Shown here: positions 28,508 to 37,983 of the stretch, in pieces | Layout: the number at the start of each line of letters is the position of its first letter | Numbering within the stretch: the stretch's first letter is position 1 | Assembly: GCA_964291675.2 (NCBI GenBank) | Contig: OZ219865.1 | Coordinates: forward strand, 192,001 to 256,000 | Direction of reading: 5' to 3' | DNA from: Alphaproteobacteria bacterium | GTDB taxonomy: Bacteria; Pseudomonadota; Alphaproteobacteria; MPNO01 | DNA: 64,000 nucleotides | Program-made: the position numbers and the translations under genes | The notes under the pieces: generated by a model | Told to the model about the DNA's origin: nothing | The model's input: the letters and a program-made list of their open reading frames with translations, nothing else | Database searches by the model: none

Positions 28508-31500
28508 ATGCTCGACGCCCGCTCGGCGCCGGACGCCCATGCGCGTCCGCCCCTCCCCGCGCTCGCCACCGACCCGGCCGCATCGCCGGCCCGTCCGTCG
28601 CCGGGCGATGCCCTGTTCGCCGCGGCCCGGGCCCTGCTCCCCGTGCTGGAGGCCGGCCGGGCTCTCGATGCCGCGACCCTCCGGGACGCCATGACGGAGG
28701 CCTTCGGCGCATCCGACGCCGGGGGCGGCTGGGTCTGGAAGGACGCCTACGAGGCCGCCGAGGCGGCGTGCGTGCTGTTCCTCCAGCGCTACGGGCGGGG
28801 CATGCGCCGCACCTGCGGCGGCGGTTCGGGCGAGCCGCGCCGCATGCTGGCGATGCTGGAGGCGATCGCGGCGCTGGAGCCCTCGCACACCAGGCGCTCG
28901 GAGGAGCAGGTCCGGCTCCAGCAGTTCTCGACCCCGCTGCCGCTCGCCTATGCCGCATTGCAGGCCGCCGCGATCCGGCCGGATGACGTCGTGCTGGAGC
29001 CCAGCGCCGGCACCGGGATGCTGGCGGTGATGGCGGAGTGTGCGCTCGGCGACCGGGCGGCGGGCGCGCTCCATCTCAACGAGTATGCGCAGACCCGCGC
29101 CCGGCTGCTGACTCACCTGTTCCCGCAGGCCGTGGTGACCGCCTTCAACGCCGAGTCCATTGCCGACCGGCTGCGCGACGTGCGTCCGACCGTCGTGCTG
29201 ATGAACCCGCCCTTCTCGGCGACGCCCGGCGTCGACCGCAGCCGGCACGACGCCGACCTGCGCCATGTCCGCTCGGCTGCCTCGATGCTGCCGCCGGGCG
29301 GCCGGCTTGTGACGATCACCTCGGCCCATTGCGTGCTGGGCGACGCCGTCGGGCGCCTCGACCCGCCGGCCCGCTGCGTCTTCACCATGGCCATCGACGG
29401 CCGCGCCTACGCACGGCGCGGCACCGGGTTCGACACCCGCCTCACCGTGCTGGAGCGCGGCGACGGACCCTCTGTCGAGCTGGACGGGACCGCCCGCGCC
29501 GCGAACGCCGCCGAACTGCTCGAAGCCGTCATCGCGCAGTTGCCGAAGCGGCAGCCCATCGCGCCCGCGCCGGTCCCGGCCGGCCCCGCCCGCGACCTGT
29601 TCGGCAAGCCGGTCGCGCCCACGCCTGCAACGCGCCGGGGTCCGAAGTCCGTTTCAACCCCGGAGTCCCGCCAGTCCCATGACTGGGGGACGATTACTGA
29701 GCTCACGGTCGAGACCGGCCCGGTCGAACCCGCCGCCGATGCCGAGCCCCCTGCCGGCAACACCGACTCTTACGTCCCGTGGAGGCCCAGCGTCGTGCGG
29801 GTGCAGGGCGCGGTCGAGCATCCGACGCCGCTGGTCCAATCCGCCGCGATGGCGGCCGTGCCGCATCCCGAGCCGGCCTACCGCCCGTTTCTGCCCGAGC
29901 GTGTCGTCACTGAGGGCCTGCTGTCCGACGCCCAGCTCGAGAGCGTGGTCTTGGCTGGGGAGGCCCATTCACGGCATCTCGCGGCCGAGTACCGCATCGG
30001 CTCGCAGTGGGAGACCGTCCACCGCTGCCGGGAGGACGGCGACGATGACGGGGAAGAGATCGACACGTCCCTCGTCACCGCCGAGGGCGAGACCCTGTCC
30101 GAGCCGGTGCGTTTCCGCCGGGGCTGGATGCTGGGCGACGGCACCGGCTGCGGCAAGGGGCGCGAGGTCGCCGCCATCATCCTCGACAACCGGCTGCGCG
30201 GCAGGAAGAAGGCGCTCTGGCTGTCGCAGTCCGACAAGCTGGTAGAGGACGCGCGCCGCGACTGGACCGCGCTGGGCGGGCTGGAGAGCGACATCATCCC
30301 GCTCGGCAACTTCCGGCAGGGCATGGAGATCCCGCTCGACGAAGGGATTCTCTTCGCGACCTACGCCACGCTGCGCTCGCCGTCTCGCCAGGGCAAGCCT
30401 TCCCGGCTGGAGCAGATCGTCGAATGGCTGGCGGGCTCGCTCGACGAGGAGGACCGCCACAGCTTCGACGGCGCAATCGTGTTCGATGAGTCCCACGCGA
30501 TGGCGAATGCCGCCGGCTCGAAGAGCGAACGCGGCGAGACCAGGCCGTCGCAGCAGGGCCGCGCCGGGCTGCGGTTGCAGAACGCGCTGCCGGAAGCGCG
30601 GATCGCCTACGTCTCGGCCACCGGCGCCACCACGGTTCCGGGACTGGCCTATGCGGGCAGGCTCGGATTGTGGGCCGCCGGCGAGACGCCGTTCGAGAAG
30701 CGCACCGAGTTCGTCTCCGCCATGGAGGCCGGCGGGGTCGCCGCGATGGAGGTGGTCGCCCGCGATCTGAAGGCCCTCGGCCTCTACCAGGCCCGCGCGC
30801 TCTCATATGACGGGGTCGAGGTTGAAATCCTGGAGCACAAGCTGACGCCCGAGCAGCGCCGCATCTACGACGCCTATGCCGGCGCCTTCAAGGTGATCCA
30901 CGCCAACATCGAGGAAGCGCTCAAGGCGACCGGCATCGTCCAGGGCGACGACACGCTCAACAAGAACGCCAAGGCCGCGGCGCTGAGCGCCTTCGAGGGG
31001 ACCAAGCAGCGCTTCTTCGGACATCTTCTGACCGGCATGAAGTGCCCCTCGACCATCCGCGCGATCGATGCCGACCTCGACGGCGGGCGGTCGGCCGTGG
31101 TGCAGCTGGTCTCGACCGGCGAGGCGCTGATGGAGCGGCGCATCGCCGACGTTCCCGCGTCCGAGTGGGACGATCTCAACATCGACCTCACCCCGCGGGA
31201 CGCCATCCTGTCCTACCTGATGCACGCTTTCCCGGTGCAGTTGCAGGAGCCCTTCACCGACGACGGCGGCAACCTGATGAGCCGCGTCGCGAAGGACCCG
31301 GACGGCAATCCCGTCATCTGCAAGGAAGCCGAGGACCGGCGCGACGCGCTGATCGAGAAGCTGGCGGCATTGCCGCCGGTGCCGACGGCGCTGGACCAGA
31401 TCGTGCAGCGGTACGGCCACGAGGCGGTCGCCGAGGTGACCGGGCGGTCCCGGCGCGTGCTCCGGATTACGGACGCCAGGGGCGAACGCCTCGCGCTACG

Positions 31501-33007
31501 CAGCCGGCCGGCCTCCGCCAACCTCGCCGAGACCGCAGCGTTCATGGACGGCGAGAAGCGCATCCTGGTGTTTTCCATGGCCGGCGGCACCGGGCGCAGC
31601 TACCACGCCGACCTCGCCCGCGAGAACCAGCAACGCCGCGTTCACTACCTTCTCGAACCCGGCTGGCGCGCCGACCAGGCGATCCAGGGCCTCGGACGCA
31701 GCCACCGCTCCTACGAAGCCTCCGCGCCGCTGTTCCGGCCCGTCACCACCGACGTCAAGGGCGAACGCCGCTTCATCGCCACCATTGCACGGCGTCTGGA
31801 TAGTCTGGGCGCCATCACTAGGGGCCAGCGCGACAGCCAAACCGCGATGGGCGGCAGCGACGCGGCGCTGTTCCGCGAAAGCGACAACCTGGAAAGCGTC
31901 TACGCCCGGGCCGCTCTTCGCCAGTTCTACGGCGCGCTGTGGCGGGGCAGCATCGAGGGCTGGAGCCTGGATCGCTTCGAGAAGGCCACCGGACTCAAGC
32001 TCACCTGGGAGGGCAATCTCAAGGAGTACCTGCCGCCGATGCCCAGGTTCCTCAACCGGCTGCTGGCGCTCCCCATCGCCGAGCAGAACCAGCTCTTCGC
32101 CGAGCTGGAAGAGCGCATCGCGTCCAACATCGAGCAGGCGATCGAGGCCGGCAGCTACGAGGTCGGCGTCGAGACCGTGACCGCCGACTCGCTCATCGTC
32201 GCCGGCCGGGAGACGCTCTACGAGCATCCCGGCACAGGCGCGGCCACCGAGCTGGTCGAGATCGTCCGCAGGGACAAGCTGGTGCCGCTCATCGCCGACG
32301 CCGCGCTGGAGATCGGCGAAGACGATCCGGGTCCGGACGGTAAGCCGCGCCTCGCGATCAACGCCCGCTCCAAGCGCGCCGCCGTCATCCTGCCGGCTTT
32401 CTCGCGCATGATCGACAACGGCGAAGTGCAGGAGCGAGTCCGGCTTATGCGACCGGCGACCGGCGAGACCATGGCGCGGGCCGAGCTCGACGCCTCCAAC
32501 TGGCGCCGCGCCGACGAGGCTCAGTGGCGGCGCGTCTGGGATGCCGAGATCGCCGGGTTGCCGTCGCACCGGGACTCGCGCTTCTGGCTCGCCACCGGCC
32601 TCCTGCTGCCGGTCTGGGACCGTCTGCCCGCCGAGAACATGCGGGTTCGCAGGCTCACCTCGGACGACGGTATCGCCCTGATCGGGCGCGTGCTCGACGC
32701 CGAGCAGGTGCGGGCCGTGCGCCAGAGCTTCGGCCTCGACGGCGGTCCCGCCATCTCCGGCGCGGAGGCCTTCGAGGCGGTCATGGGACGGGGCAACGCG
32801 CTCGCGCTCGCCAACGGCTGGCGACTCGCGCGCAGGCGTCTCATGGGCGCCGACCGCATCGAGATCGAGGGGCCGGCCGATACCGACATGGACGCGCTGA
32901 AGCGCATGGGCTGCACGGTGGAGATCGTCTCGTTCCGGGCGCGGATATTCGCGCCGAACGCGGACACCACACAGCGCATCCTCGAACGCTGGCCGCTCGC
33001 CGCCTGA
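28508..33007 (+). CDS. N6-adenine methyltransferase-like domain fused to a strawberry-notch-type SF2 helicase (1499 aa)
   Basis: LQQFSTP, VLEPSAGTG, LMNPPF; LLSDAQLE, LGDGTGCGKGR, VFDESH, YVSATGAT, AGGTGRSYHAD, QGLGRSHR. Confidence 0.92.
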   Translation: MLDARSAPDAHARPPLPALATDPAASPARPSPGDALFAAARALLPVLEAGRALDAATLRDAMTEAFGASDAGGGWVWKDAYEAAEAACVLFLQRYGRGMRRTCGGGSGEPRRMLAMLEAIAALEPSHTRRSEEQVRLQQFSTPLPLAYAALQAAAIRPDDVVLEPSAGTGMLAVMAECALGDRAAGALHLNEYAQTRARLLTHLFPQAVVTAFNAESIADRLRDVRPTVVLMNPPFSATPGVDRSRHDADLRHVRSAASMLPPGGRLVTITSAHCVLGDAVGRLDPPARCVFTMAIDGRAYARRGTGFDTRLTVLERGDGPSVELDGTARAANAAELLEAVIAQLPKRQPIAPAPVPAGPARDLFGKPVAPTPATRRGPKSVSTPESRQSHDWGTITELTVETGPVEPAADAEPPAGNTDSYVPWRPSVVRVQGAVEHPTPLVQSAAMAAVPHPEPAYRPFLPERVVTEGLLSDAQLESVVLAGEAHSRHLAAEYRIGSQWETVHRCREDGDDDGEEIDTSLVTAEGETLSEPVRFRRGWMLGDGTGCGKGREVAAIILDNRLRGRKKALWLSQSDKLVEDARRDWTALGGLESDIIPLGNFRQGMEIPLDEGILFATYATLRSPSRQGKPSRLEQIVEWLAGSLDEEDRHSFDGAIVFDESHAMANAAGSKSERGETRPSQQGRAGLRLQNALPEARIAYVSATGATTVPGLAYAGRLGLWAAGETPFEKRTEFVSAMEAGGVAAMEVVARDLKALGLYQARALSYDGVEVEILEHKLTPEQRRIYDAYAGAFKVIHANIEEALKATGIVQGDDTLNKNAKAAALSAFEGTKQRFFGHLLTGMKCPSTIRAIDADLDGGRSAVVQLVSTGEALMERRIADVPASEWDDLNIDLTPRDAILSYLMHAFPVQLQEPFTDDGGNLMSRVAKDPDGNPVICKEAEDRRDALIEKLAALPPVPTALDQIVQRYGHEAVAEVTGRSRRVLRITDARGERLALRSRPASANLAETAAFMDGEKRILVFSMAGGTGRSYHADLARENQQRRVHYLLEPGWRADQAIQGLGRSHRSYEASAPLFRPVTTDVKGERRFIATIARRLDSLGAITRGQRDSQTAMGGSDAALFRESDNLESVYARAALRQFYGALWRGSIEGWSLDRFEKATGLKLTWEGNLKEYLPPMPRFLNRLLALPIAEQNQLFAELEERIASNIEQAIEAGSYEVGVETVTADSLIVAGRETLYEHPGTGAATELVEIVRRDKLVPLIADAALEIGEDDPGPDGKPRLAINARSKRAAVILPAFSRMIDNGEVQERVRLMRPATGETMARAELDASNWRRADEAQWRRVWDAEIAGLPSHRDSRFWLATGLLLPVWDRLPAENMRVRRLTSDDGIALIGRVLDAEQVRAVRQSFGLDGGPAISGAEAFEAVMGRGNALALANGWRLARRRLMGADRIEIEGPADTDMDALKRMGCTVEIVSFRARIFAPNADTTQRILERWPLAA

Positions 33008-33131
33008 GCGGCGTGCATGACGCGTGTGGGGACTATGTTATTCATCCCACCGGCGCCACATTTGCAAGTTTCCGGTTCTTCGGCGCGCGCTCCCGCAATT
33101 GTTCCGAAGCGCCCTATCCAGGGAGGAAGAA

Positions 33132-33758
33132 ATGAAAGAAAGCTGGCAGCCCGGCAAGACTGCCCCGAAAGACGGCTCCGTCATTCAGGCAAGATGGAAG
33201 GGCCATGAGCGCGACCCGGAAGAGATATTCTTCCACGCCGAGACCGGTGAGTGGATCGGCTGCCCGCCGCTTCCGCCGACTGCCGTAAATCCGCCGGACG
33301 AATGGCGTGCGATGGACGGGTCGAGTAGCGGACACCCTCCCTTCAACGGCGTCCGTTCAGTCGAGCACGTAGCCCCCACACGTACGCCCGGCCCGTCGCC
33401 GTCCGTTATTCCATCGTCGACGCGCCGGGGGTCCGTACCGCCGGCCCGCCGGCCGCCGGTCCAAATTCCACGGACAAGGAGAGCCGCCATGACCGCGCAG
33501 ACCCTGCCCGACGAGCCCAACTTCTGTTTCTGCCCCGCCTACGACGTCGAGACCGAGGTGCAGCAGATCAGAATCGTGATCGAGGGCCTCGCCGGGCATG
33601 TCCCGACCGCGCTCGTCACCCTCGACCTCGACGATGCGCTCAACATCTGCGACAAGCTGAACCGCCGGCTCGGGCTCGACCGCGAGGCCTGGCAAGCGAT
33701 GGTTGCCGCCTCGATGCGCGCCGAGGACGACGATCCGGAGAGCGATACCCGGCACTGA
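33132..33758 (+). CDS. Hypothetical protein(s): probably two small domains in one frame (second start 33489)
   Basis: MKESWQPGKTAPKDGSVI... after RBS ggagg; MTAQTLPDEPNF... after RBS aaggag; Pro/Arg-rich spacer with no stop. Confidence 0.55.
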   Translation: MKESWQPGKTAPKDGSVIQARWKGHERDPEEIFFHAETGEWIGCPPLPPTAVNPPDEWRAMDGSSSGHPPFNGVRSVEHVAPTRTPGPSPSVIPSSTRRGSVPPARRPPVQIPRTRRAAMTAQTLPDEPNFCFCPAYDVETEVQQIRIVIEGLAGHVPTALVTLDLDDALNICDKLNRRLGLDREAWQAMVAASMRAEDDDPESDTRH

Positions 33759-33771
33759 CGTGCCGTCCGTC

Positions 33772-33800
33772 TTGCCCGGTTATGGCGAATCCCCTATAGT
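33772..33800 (+). promoter_or_regulatory. Sigma70-like promoter of the TA operon
   Basis: ttgccc-N17-tatagt, 17 nt upstream of ATG 33818. Confidence 0.6.
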
Positions 33801-33817
33801 GCGGGGTCGACAGCGAC

Positions 33818-34174
33818 ATGTTGAAACCGGTCGAATGGGTCGGCTCCAGCAAGGCGGATCTGCAGCGCTTCCCGGACCCGGTGCAGAACCGCATGGGGTT
33901 TGCGGTCTACCGCGCCCAGCTCGGACGCCGGCACCGCGACGCCAAGCCGCTGAAGGGCTTCGGCTCTGGCGTCGTGGAGATCGTGGCGCGGCACGACGGC
34001 GACACCTTCCGGGCCGTCTACACGGTCCGGTTCGAGACCGCCGTCTACGTCCTGCACGCCTTCCAGAAGAAGGCGAGGCGGGGCATCGCGACCCCGAAGC
34101 GGGAGCTCGACCTGGTCCGCCGCCGCCTGCGCGCCGCCGAGCGGCACTACCGTGACACCCGCCGTGGAGACTGA
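33818..34174 (+). CDS. Type II TA toxin, RelE/HigB (Gp49-like) family
   Basis: WVGSSKADL, AKPLKGFGSGVVEI, FRAVY, YVLHAFQKK, TPKRELDL. Confidence 0.9.
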   Translation: MLKPVEWVGSSKADLQRFPDPVQNRMGFAVYRAQLGRRHRDAKPLKGFGSGVVEIVARHDGDTFRAVYTVRFETAVYVLHAFQKKARRGIATPKRELDLVRRRLRAAERHYRDTRRGD

Positions 34175-34178
34175 CGCC

Positions 34179-34517
34179 ATGGAACCCGACGACGACGCCG
34201 TGGAGCGCGGCAGCGGCAACGTCTTCGCCGATCTCGGCTTCCCCGACGCCGACGCCCATCTCGTCAAGGCCGAGCTGGTCGGCCGTATCGACGACATCGT
34301 GCGCGCTCGCGGCATCACCCAGACCGAGGCCGCGCGGCTGCTCGGCCTCTCACAGCCCGACGTGTCGCGGCTGCTGCGCGGCGACTTCCGCGAGTACTCG
34401 CTGGAGCGCCTGTTCCGTCTGCTCAACGCGCTGGGGCGCGATATCGACATCGTCGTCCGCCAGCCCCGTTCCGCCGACGGCGGACGGCTCCGCATCGCCG
34501 CCGCCGAGCCCGTCTGA
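34179..34517 (+). CDS. HigA-type HTH antitoxin
   Basis: GSGNVFADLG, ITQTEAARLLGLSQPDVSRLLRG, SLERL; toxin-first gene order. Confidence 0.9.
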   Translation: MEPDDDAVERGSGNVFADLGFPDADAHLVKAELVGRIDDIVRARGITQTEAARLLGLSQPDVSRLLRGDFREYSLERLFRLLNALGRDIDIVVRQPRSADGGRLRIAAAEPV

Positions 34518-34656
34518 CGCCCCGGGTCCCGGCGGGGTATCTCCGGACCGGTTGCAAGAGCCCGCTCCCGGCTGCGCTGCCGTCCGGACGCCGTCCCGCC
34601 GGGCTCCCCATTCCGACCATCCGCCTGCTGCGCCGCCGGTCCGCCGTCTTCCGCGG

Positions 34657-35037
34657 TCAGCCGTGGCGTGCGAGCCACCACCAGGCGATCCAGACCGGCA
34701 GGCTGAGCGCCACCGCCCCGACCGCGATCGCGAGCGGTCCGAGCAGACCCGCGAACACCGCCACCGGGATGGTCACGGCGCCCAGCCCGACACAAGCCGC
34801 CCACGCCCCGCGCCGGTAGCCGAGGCGCCAAAGGCGGCGGCAGCCGAGGGCCAGCGGCAGACCGCAGGCCGCGACCGGCGCAAGCGATCCCAGCGCCGCG
34901 AGCAACTCCCCGGGCCCTCCGAACGCGGCATGGGCCGAGCCGAACCGCACCGCCGCCTGCGCCACCACCCCGGCCGGCAGCCAGAGCAGCGCCAGAAGCC
35001 AGAACCCGAGCCGCGCCATCCAATTCCGCCCGTCCAT
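34657..35037 (-). CDS. Small multi-pass membrane protein
   Basis: Three to four hydrophobic segments (FWLLALLWLPAGV; VAVFAGLLGPLAIAVGAVALSLPVW). Confidence 0.65.
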   Translation of the reverse strand: MDGRNWMARLGFWLLALLWLPAGVVAQAAVRFGSAHAAFGGPGELLAALGSLAPVAACGLPLALGCRRLWRLGYRRGAWAACVGLGAVTIPVAVFAGLLGPLAIAVGAVALSLPVWIAWWWLARHG

Positions 35038-35174
35038 GCCGAACCGATGCCCCGGACGGCCGCGCGATGCAAGCCGGGTCCGGACCTTCCCTGCGCAGAG
35101 GTGGAGAGAAGCCGTGCGGGAGCGAGGCCGCTGCAGGAGAGAGAGCGGCGGAATCGCAACCGGGGAGATCGGCC

Positions 35175-35711
35175 ATGGCGACATTGCGATATGCGGGGAT
35201 CGGGGCGCGGGCGACGCCGGCCGGAGTGCTGTCCGACATGAGGGCGATCGCGGGATGGTTGGCGCGGACCGGCTGGCATCTGTCGAGCGGCGGGGCGGAC
35301 GGGGCCGATGCTGCGTTCGCGTCGGGGGCGCCGGCCGGGCATCAGTCGGTGTGGCTGCCGTGGCGGGGCTACAACGGGCATCGCGGGCCGGACTGCCGGG
35401 TGCTGTCGGCGGCGGCGATGGCGGCGTGCATCGAGATCGCGGCGTCCCTGCATCCGGCGTGGGAGCGGTGTTCGCCGGCCGTCCGGAAACTGCATGCCCG
35501 GAACGCGGCAGTGCTTCTCGGCGGGGCCCTGGATCCGCCGGTCGATGCGTGCGTGGCGTGGTCTCCGGGCGGGCGCATCGAGGGCGGCACCGGAATGGCC
35601 ATCCGCATCGCCGAGGATCGCGGCATCCCCGTGTTCAACCTGGGAGCGATGACGCCGCGGGCCGTTTGCGAGCGTCTGGCCGCGATCCGCCGCGCTGTTT
35701 CGGAATCGTAG
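35175..35711 (+). CDS. SLOG-superfamily (DprA/SMF-like Rossmann) protein
   Basis: YAGIGARATP, LSSGGADGADAAF, LHARNA, GGTGMAIRIA, IPVFNL. Confidence 0.8.
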   Translation: MATLRYAGIGARATPAGVLSDMRAIAGWLARTGWHLSSGGADGADAAFASGAPAGHQSVWLPWRGYNGHRGPDCRVLSAAAMAACIEIAASLHPAWERCSPAVRKLHARNAAVLLGGALDPPVDACVAWSPGGRIEGGTGMAIRIAEDRGIPVFNLGAMTPRAVCERLAAIRRAVSES

Positions 35712-35811
35712 AGCAGGAGGAGAGCGCCTGTCGGGCGAGTGTCCGGCAGGCCCGAGGGGGCGGTCCCCCGCGCCGACGCCGGACCGGGCAACGGCAGGAG
35801 GAGACCCCGCC

Positions 35812-36081
35812 ATGTTCAATCCCCACTTCCGCTTCGGCACCCCGACCGGCGGCGACCTTCTGACCGAGCTGGGCGTCCGTCCCGAGCTCGTCCGCGAGGT
35901 GACCGAGGACGAGCGCGCGATCCGCTGTCCCGACCGGGGCGCGGTCTATCCCGAACACCGCATGCCGAGCTTCTACCCGGACTCATTGCCGGTCCTCGGC
36001 CTGCACGAAGCCGGCCCGGCTGAGCCCTGGGGCCCGGCTCCGGCGCGTCGTCGGGCAGGCAGGAGGTCGAGGAGGGCTTGA
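35812..36081 (+). CDS. Hypothetical protein
   Basis: RBS aggagga; GC3-rich frame MFNPHFRFG... Confidence 0.5.
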   Translation: MFNPHFRFGTPTGGDLLTELGVRPELVREVTEDERAIRCPDRGAVYPEHRMPSFYPDSLPVLGLHEAGPAEPWGPAPARRRAGRRSRRA

Positions 36082-36176
36082 AGAGGATGAACGGAAGGGG
36101 GCCGGGGAGAGGAATCGACCCGGCCGCCGGTCGTTCGCAACCCATCGTCATCAACCAGACCATGAAGGAGATCGTC

Positions 36177-36635
36177 ATGGCTTTCGGACTGAACCGCGTG
36201 GACCTCATCGGCCGCCTCGGCGATGACGTCATCGTCAACCAGCTCGCCAACGGCGGGCGCGTCGCCAACCTGTCGGTCGCGACCGACGAGAGCTACTTCG
36301 ACAAGAACACGGGCCAGAAGGTCGACAAGGCCGAATGGCACCGCGTCGTCACCTTCCAGGACGGGCTGATCGACGTGCTCCAGAAGCACGCGAAGAAGGG
36401 CCGGCAGGTTTACATCTCCGGCAAGCTCCAGACCCGCCGCTGGCGCAAGGACGGCGAGGAGACCGACCGCTTCGCCGTCGAGATCCTGATCGTCCCGGGC
36501 GGCCGCTTCCAGGTCCTCGACAAGCCGAAGGCCGCCGCGCCGGATACCGACGCCCAGGCGCCCGCGAACGGCGCGGACATGCCGGCCGGCGGCGCCCCGG
36601 CGCAGACCGGCGACATCGAGGATCCGCCGTTCTAG
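36177..36635 (+). CDS. ssb: Single-stranded DNA-binding protein (leading-region copy)
   Basis: LNRVDLIGRLG, LSVATDE, EWHRVV, KGRQVYISGKLQTRRW; acidic tail DIEDPPF. Confidence 0.95.
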   Translation: MAFGLNRVDLIGRLGDDVIVNQLANGGRVANLSVATDESYFDKNTGQKVDKAEWHRVVTFQDGLIDVLQKHAKKGRQVYISGKLQTRRWRKDGEETDRFAVEILIVPGGRFQVLDKPKAAAPDTDAQAPANGADMPAGGAPAQTGDIEDPPF

Positions 36636-36670
36636 GCGGCGTCCCGCTCATCGTTCCTCCCTCCCGCCTC

Positions 36671-36705
36671 GGGGGCCGGCGCTCCGGCGTCGGTCCCCTT
36701 TTTTT
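36671..36705 (+). terminator. Intrinsic terminator after ssb
   Basis: gggggccggcgc-tccg-gcgtcggtcccc followed by T7. Confidence 0.8.
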
Positions 36706-36787
36706 GTGCCCTTCCGGGACCCCCAACCGCCGCGGGAGGGGAGAAGAGCTTCGCGGAGGGCGAACACGCCAGGGAAGGAGAGACCCG

Positions 36788-37171
36788 ATGGGATGGAAAT
36801 GCACCGCTTGCGGCGACCGCGGTCCGGAGCACAACGCGATCTGGTGCCCCTCCTGCGGCCAGGCCACCCCCACCCCGACCGACGCTGACGGCTTCACCGC
36901 AGCGGACTGGCTGGGGCAGGGCGACGCGTACGGCGATGCCATGTACGAGCGCGCGCGCAAGCGCATCCGCTTTCGGAGCATCGACCCCGAGATCACGCTC
37001 GTCTTCCGCGGCGACGACGTCATCGGCCGGGTGTTCGACATCGACCGTCGCGGCGGCGTGGGGTTCGACCTCAAGTTCGACCACCACCCCACCGTCTACG
37101 GTCTCGACGACTGGGACCAGATCGAGCACATCGTCAAGAGCGTCACCGCCACCGATCCCCACTTCGCCTGA
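36788..37171 (+). CDS. Small zinc-ribbon protein
   Basis: MGWKCTACG...WCPSCGQ; RBS aaggag. Confidence 0.7.
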   Translation: MGWKCTACGDRGPEHNAIWCPSCGQATPTPTDADGFTAADWLGQGDAYGDAMYERARKRIRFRSIDPEITLVFRGDDVIGRVFDIDRRGGVGFDLKFDHHPTVYGLDDWDQIEHIVKSVTATDPHFA

Positions 37172-37180
37172 ACCCCTCCG

Positions 37181-37216
37181 GCCGGTCCCGCAGCCCGCGG
37201 GATCGGCTTTCCTTTT
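37181..37216 (+). terminator. Intrinsic terminator
   Basis: gccggtcccgc...gcgggatcggc followed by tttcctttt. Confidence 0.7.
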
Positions 37217-37324
37217 GTCGGCTCTCCGGGTCCCCCATTGCCGGAGTGGAGGAGAGCTTCGTGGCGCGTGATTACCGCCGCGGCGAGGACGGTCAGCCGC
37301 GCCCCAACCCATCGGGAGAATGAC

Positions 37325-37540
37325 ATGAAGATCGCCGCACGCCGCCACGGACCGACCGGCCAGGACTGGGTCTCGATCGGCCTCAGCCCGCGCGAGGCCC
37401 GCGCCCTTGCCGACTGCCTCCGCGACTCGATGACCGCCCGGCCCGAGCCGGACGGGCTCGACCTGTTCGCCCACGACGCGCTCCACCGCCTCGAAACCGC
37501 GCTCGGCGACATCGAGACGCGTTCGCCCCAAGAGAGTTGA
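37325..37540 (+). CDS. Hypothetical protein (71 aa)
   Basis: RBS ggag; MKIAARRHG...LSPREARALADCL. Confidence 0.6.
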   Translation: MKIAARRHGPTGQDWVSIGLSPREARALADCLRDSMTARPEPDGLDLFAHDALHRLETALGDIETRSPQES

Positions 37541-37582
37541 GGACAGCTTCGCGAGGGCGAATATCGCCGCAGCGAGGATGCC

Positions 37583-37813
37583 ATGACCGAACGCTATACC
37601 GTGACGACCTTCGTCGGGCCGAGCTCGATACTCTGGACCGAGCGCTTCGAGACCGAGCCCGAATTCGACGACAAGCGCGCCGCCTGGGACGAAGCCAGGG
37701 CGCGGGTCGCCGAACACCCCGACGAGATCACCGTCGTCTACCTCGCCGACGGGGACGAGCGCTCCGCCGTCTGGACCAACCGCCCCGACATCGTCTTCCG
37801 CGGCGCCGCCTGA
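37583..37813 (+). CDS. Hypothetical acidic protein (76 aa)
   Basis: RBS gagga; GC3-rich frame. Confidence 0.65.
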   Translation: MTERYTVTTFVGPSSILWTERFETEPEFDDKRAAWDEARARVAEHPDEITVVYLADGDERSAVWTNRPDIVFRGAA

Positions 37814-37837
37814 TCCGCTCGGGGATCGCCACACCAT

Positions 37838-37876
37838 GGGCCGACCCCGGCATCGCCGGGGATCGGCCCTTTATTT
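37838..37876 (+). terminator. Intrinsic terminator
   Basis: gggccgaccccggc-atc-gccggggatcggccc followed by tttattt. Confidence 0.7.
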
Positions 37877-37983
37877 GCGGACGGTCCGGAGTCCTTCTTC
37901 TCCGTCTCCGCTCAGCGGGTCTCCTCCGCCGGAGTTCGGGAGAAGCGCGGGAAGGGGTGTTCGCATTTGCGAGGAGAGAGAGC

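Noticed and set aside
36671-37983. CRISPR array or integron attC array
   Set aside because: Repeats are degenerate, irregularly spaced and separated by whole genes; no cas or intI gene and no clear attC R-box pairs
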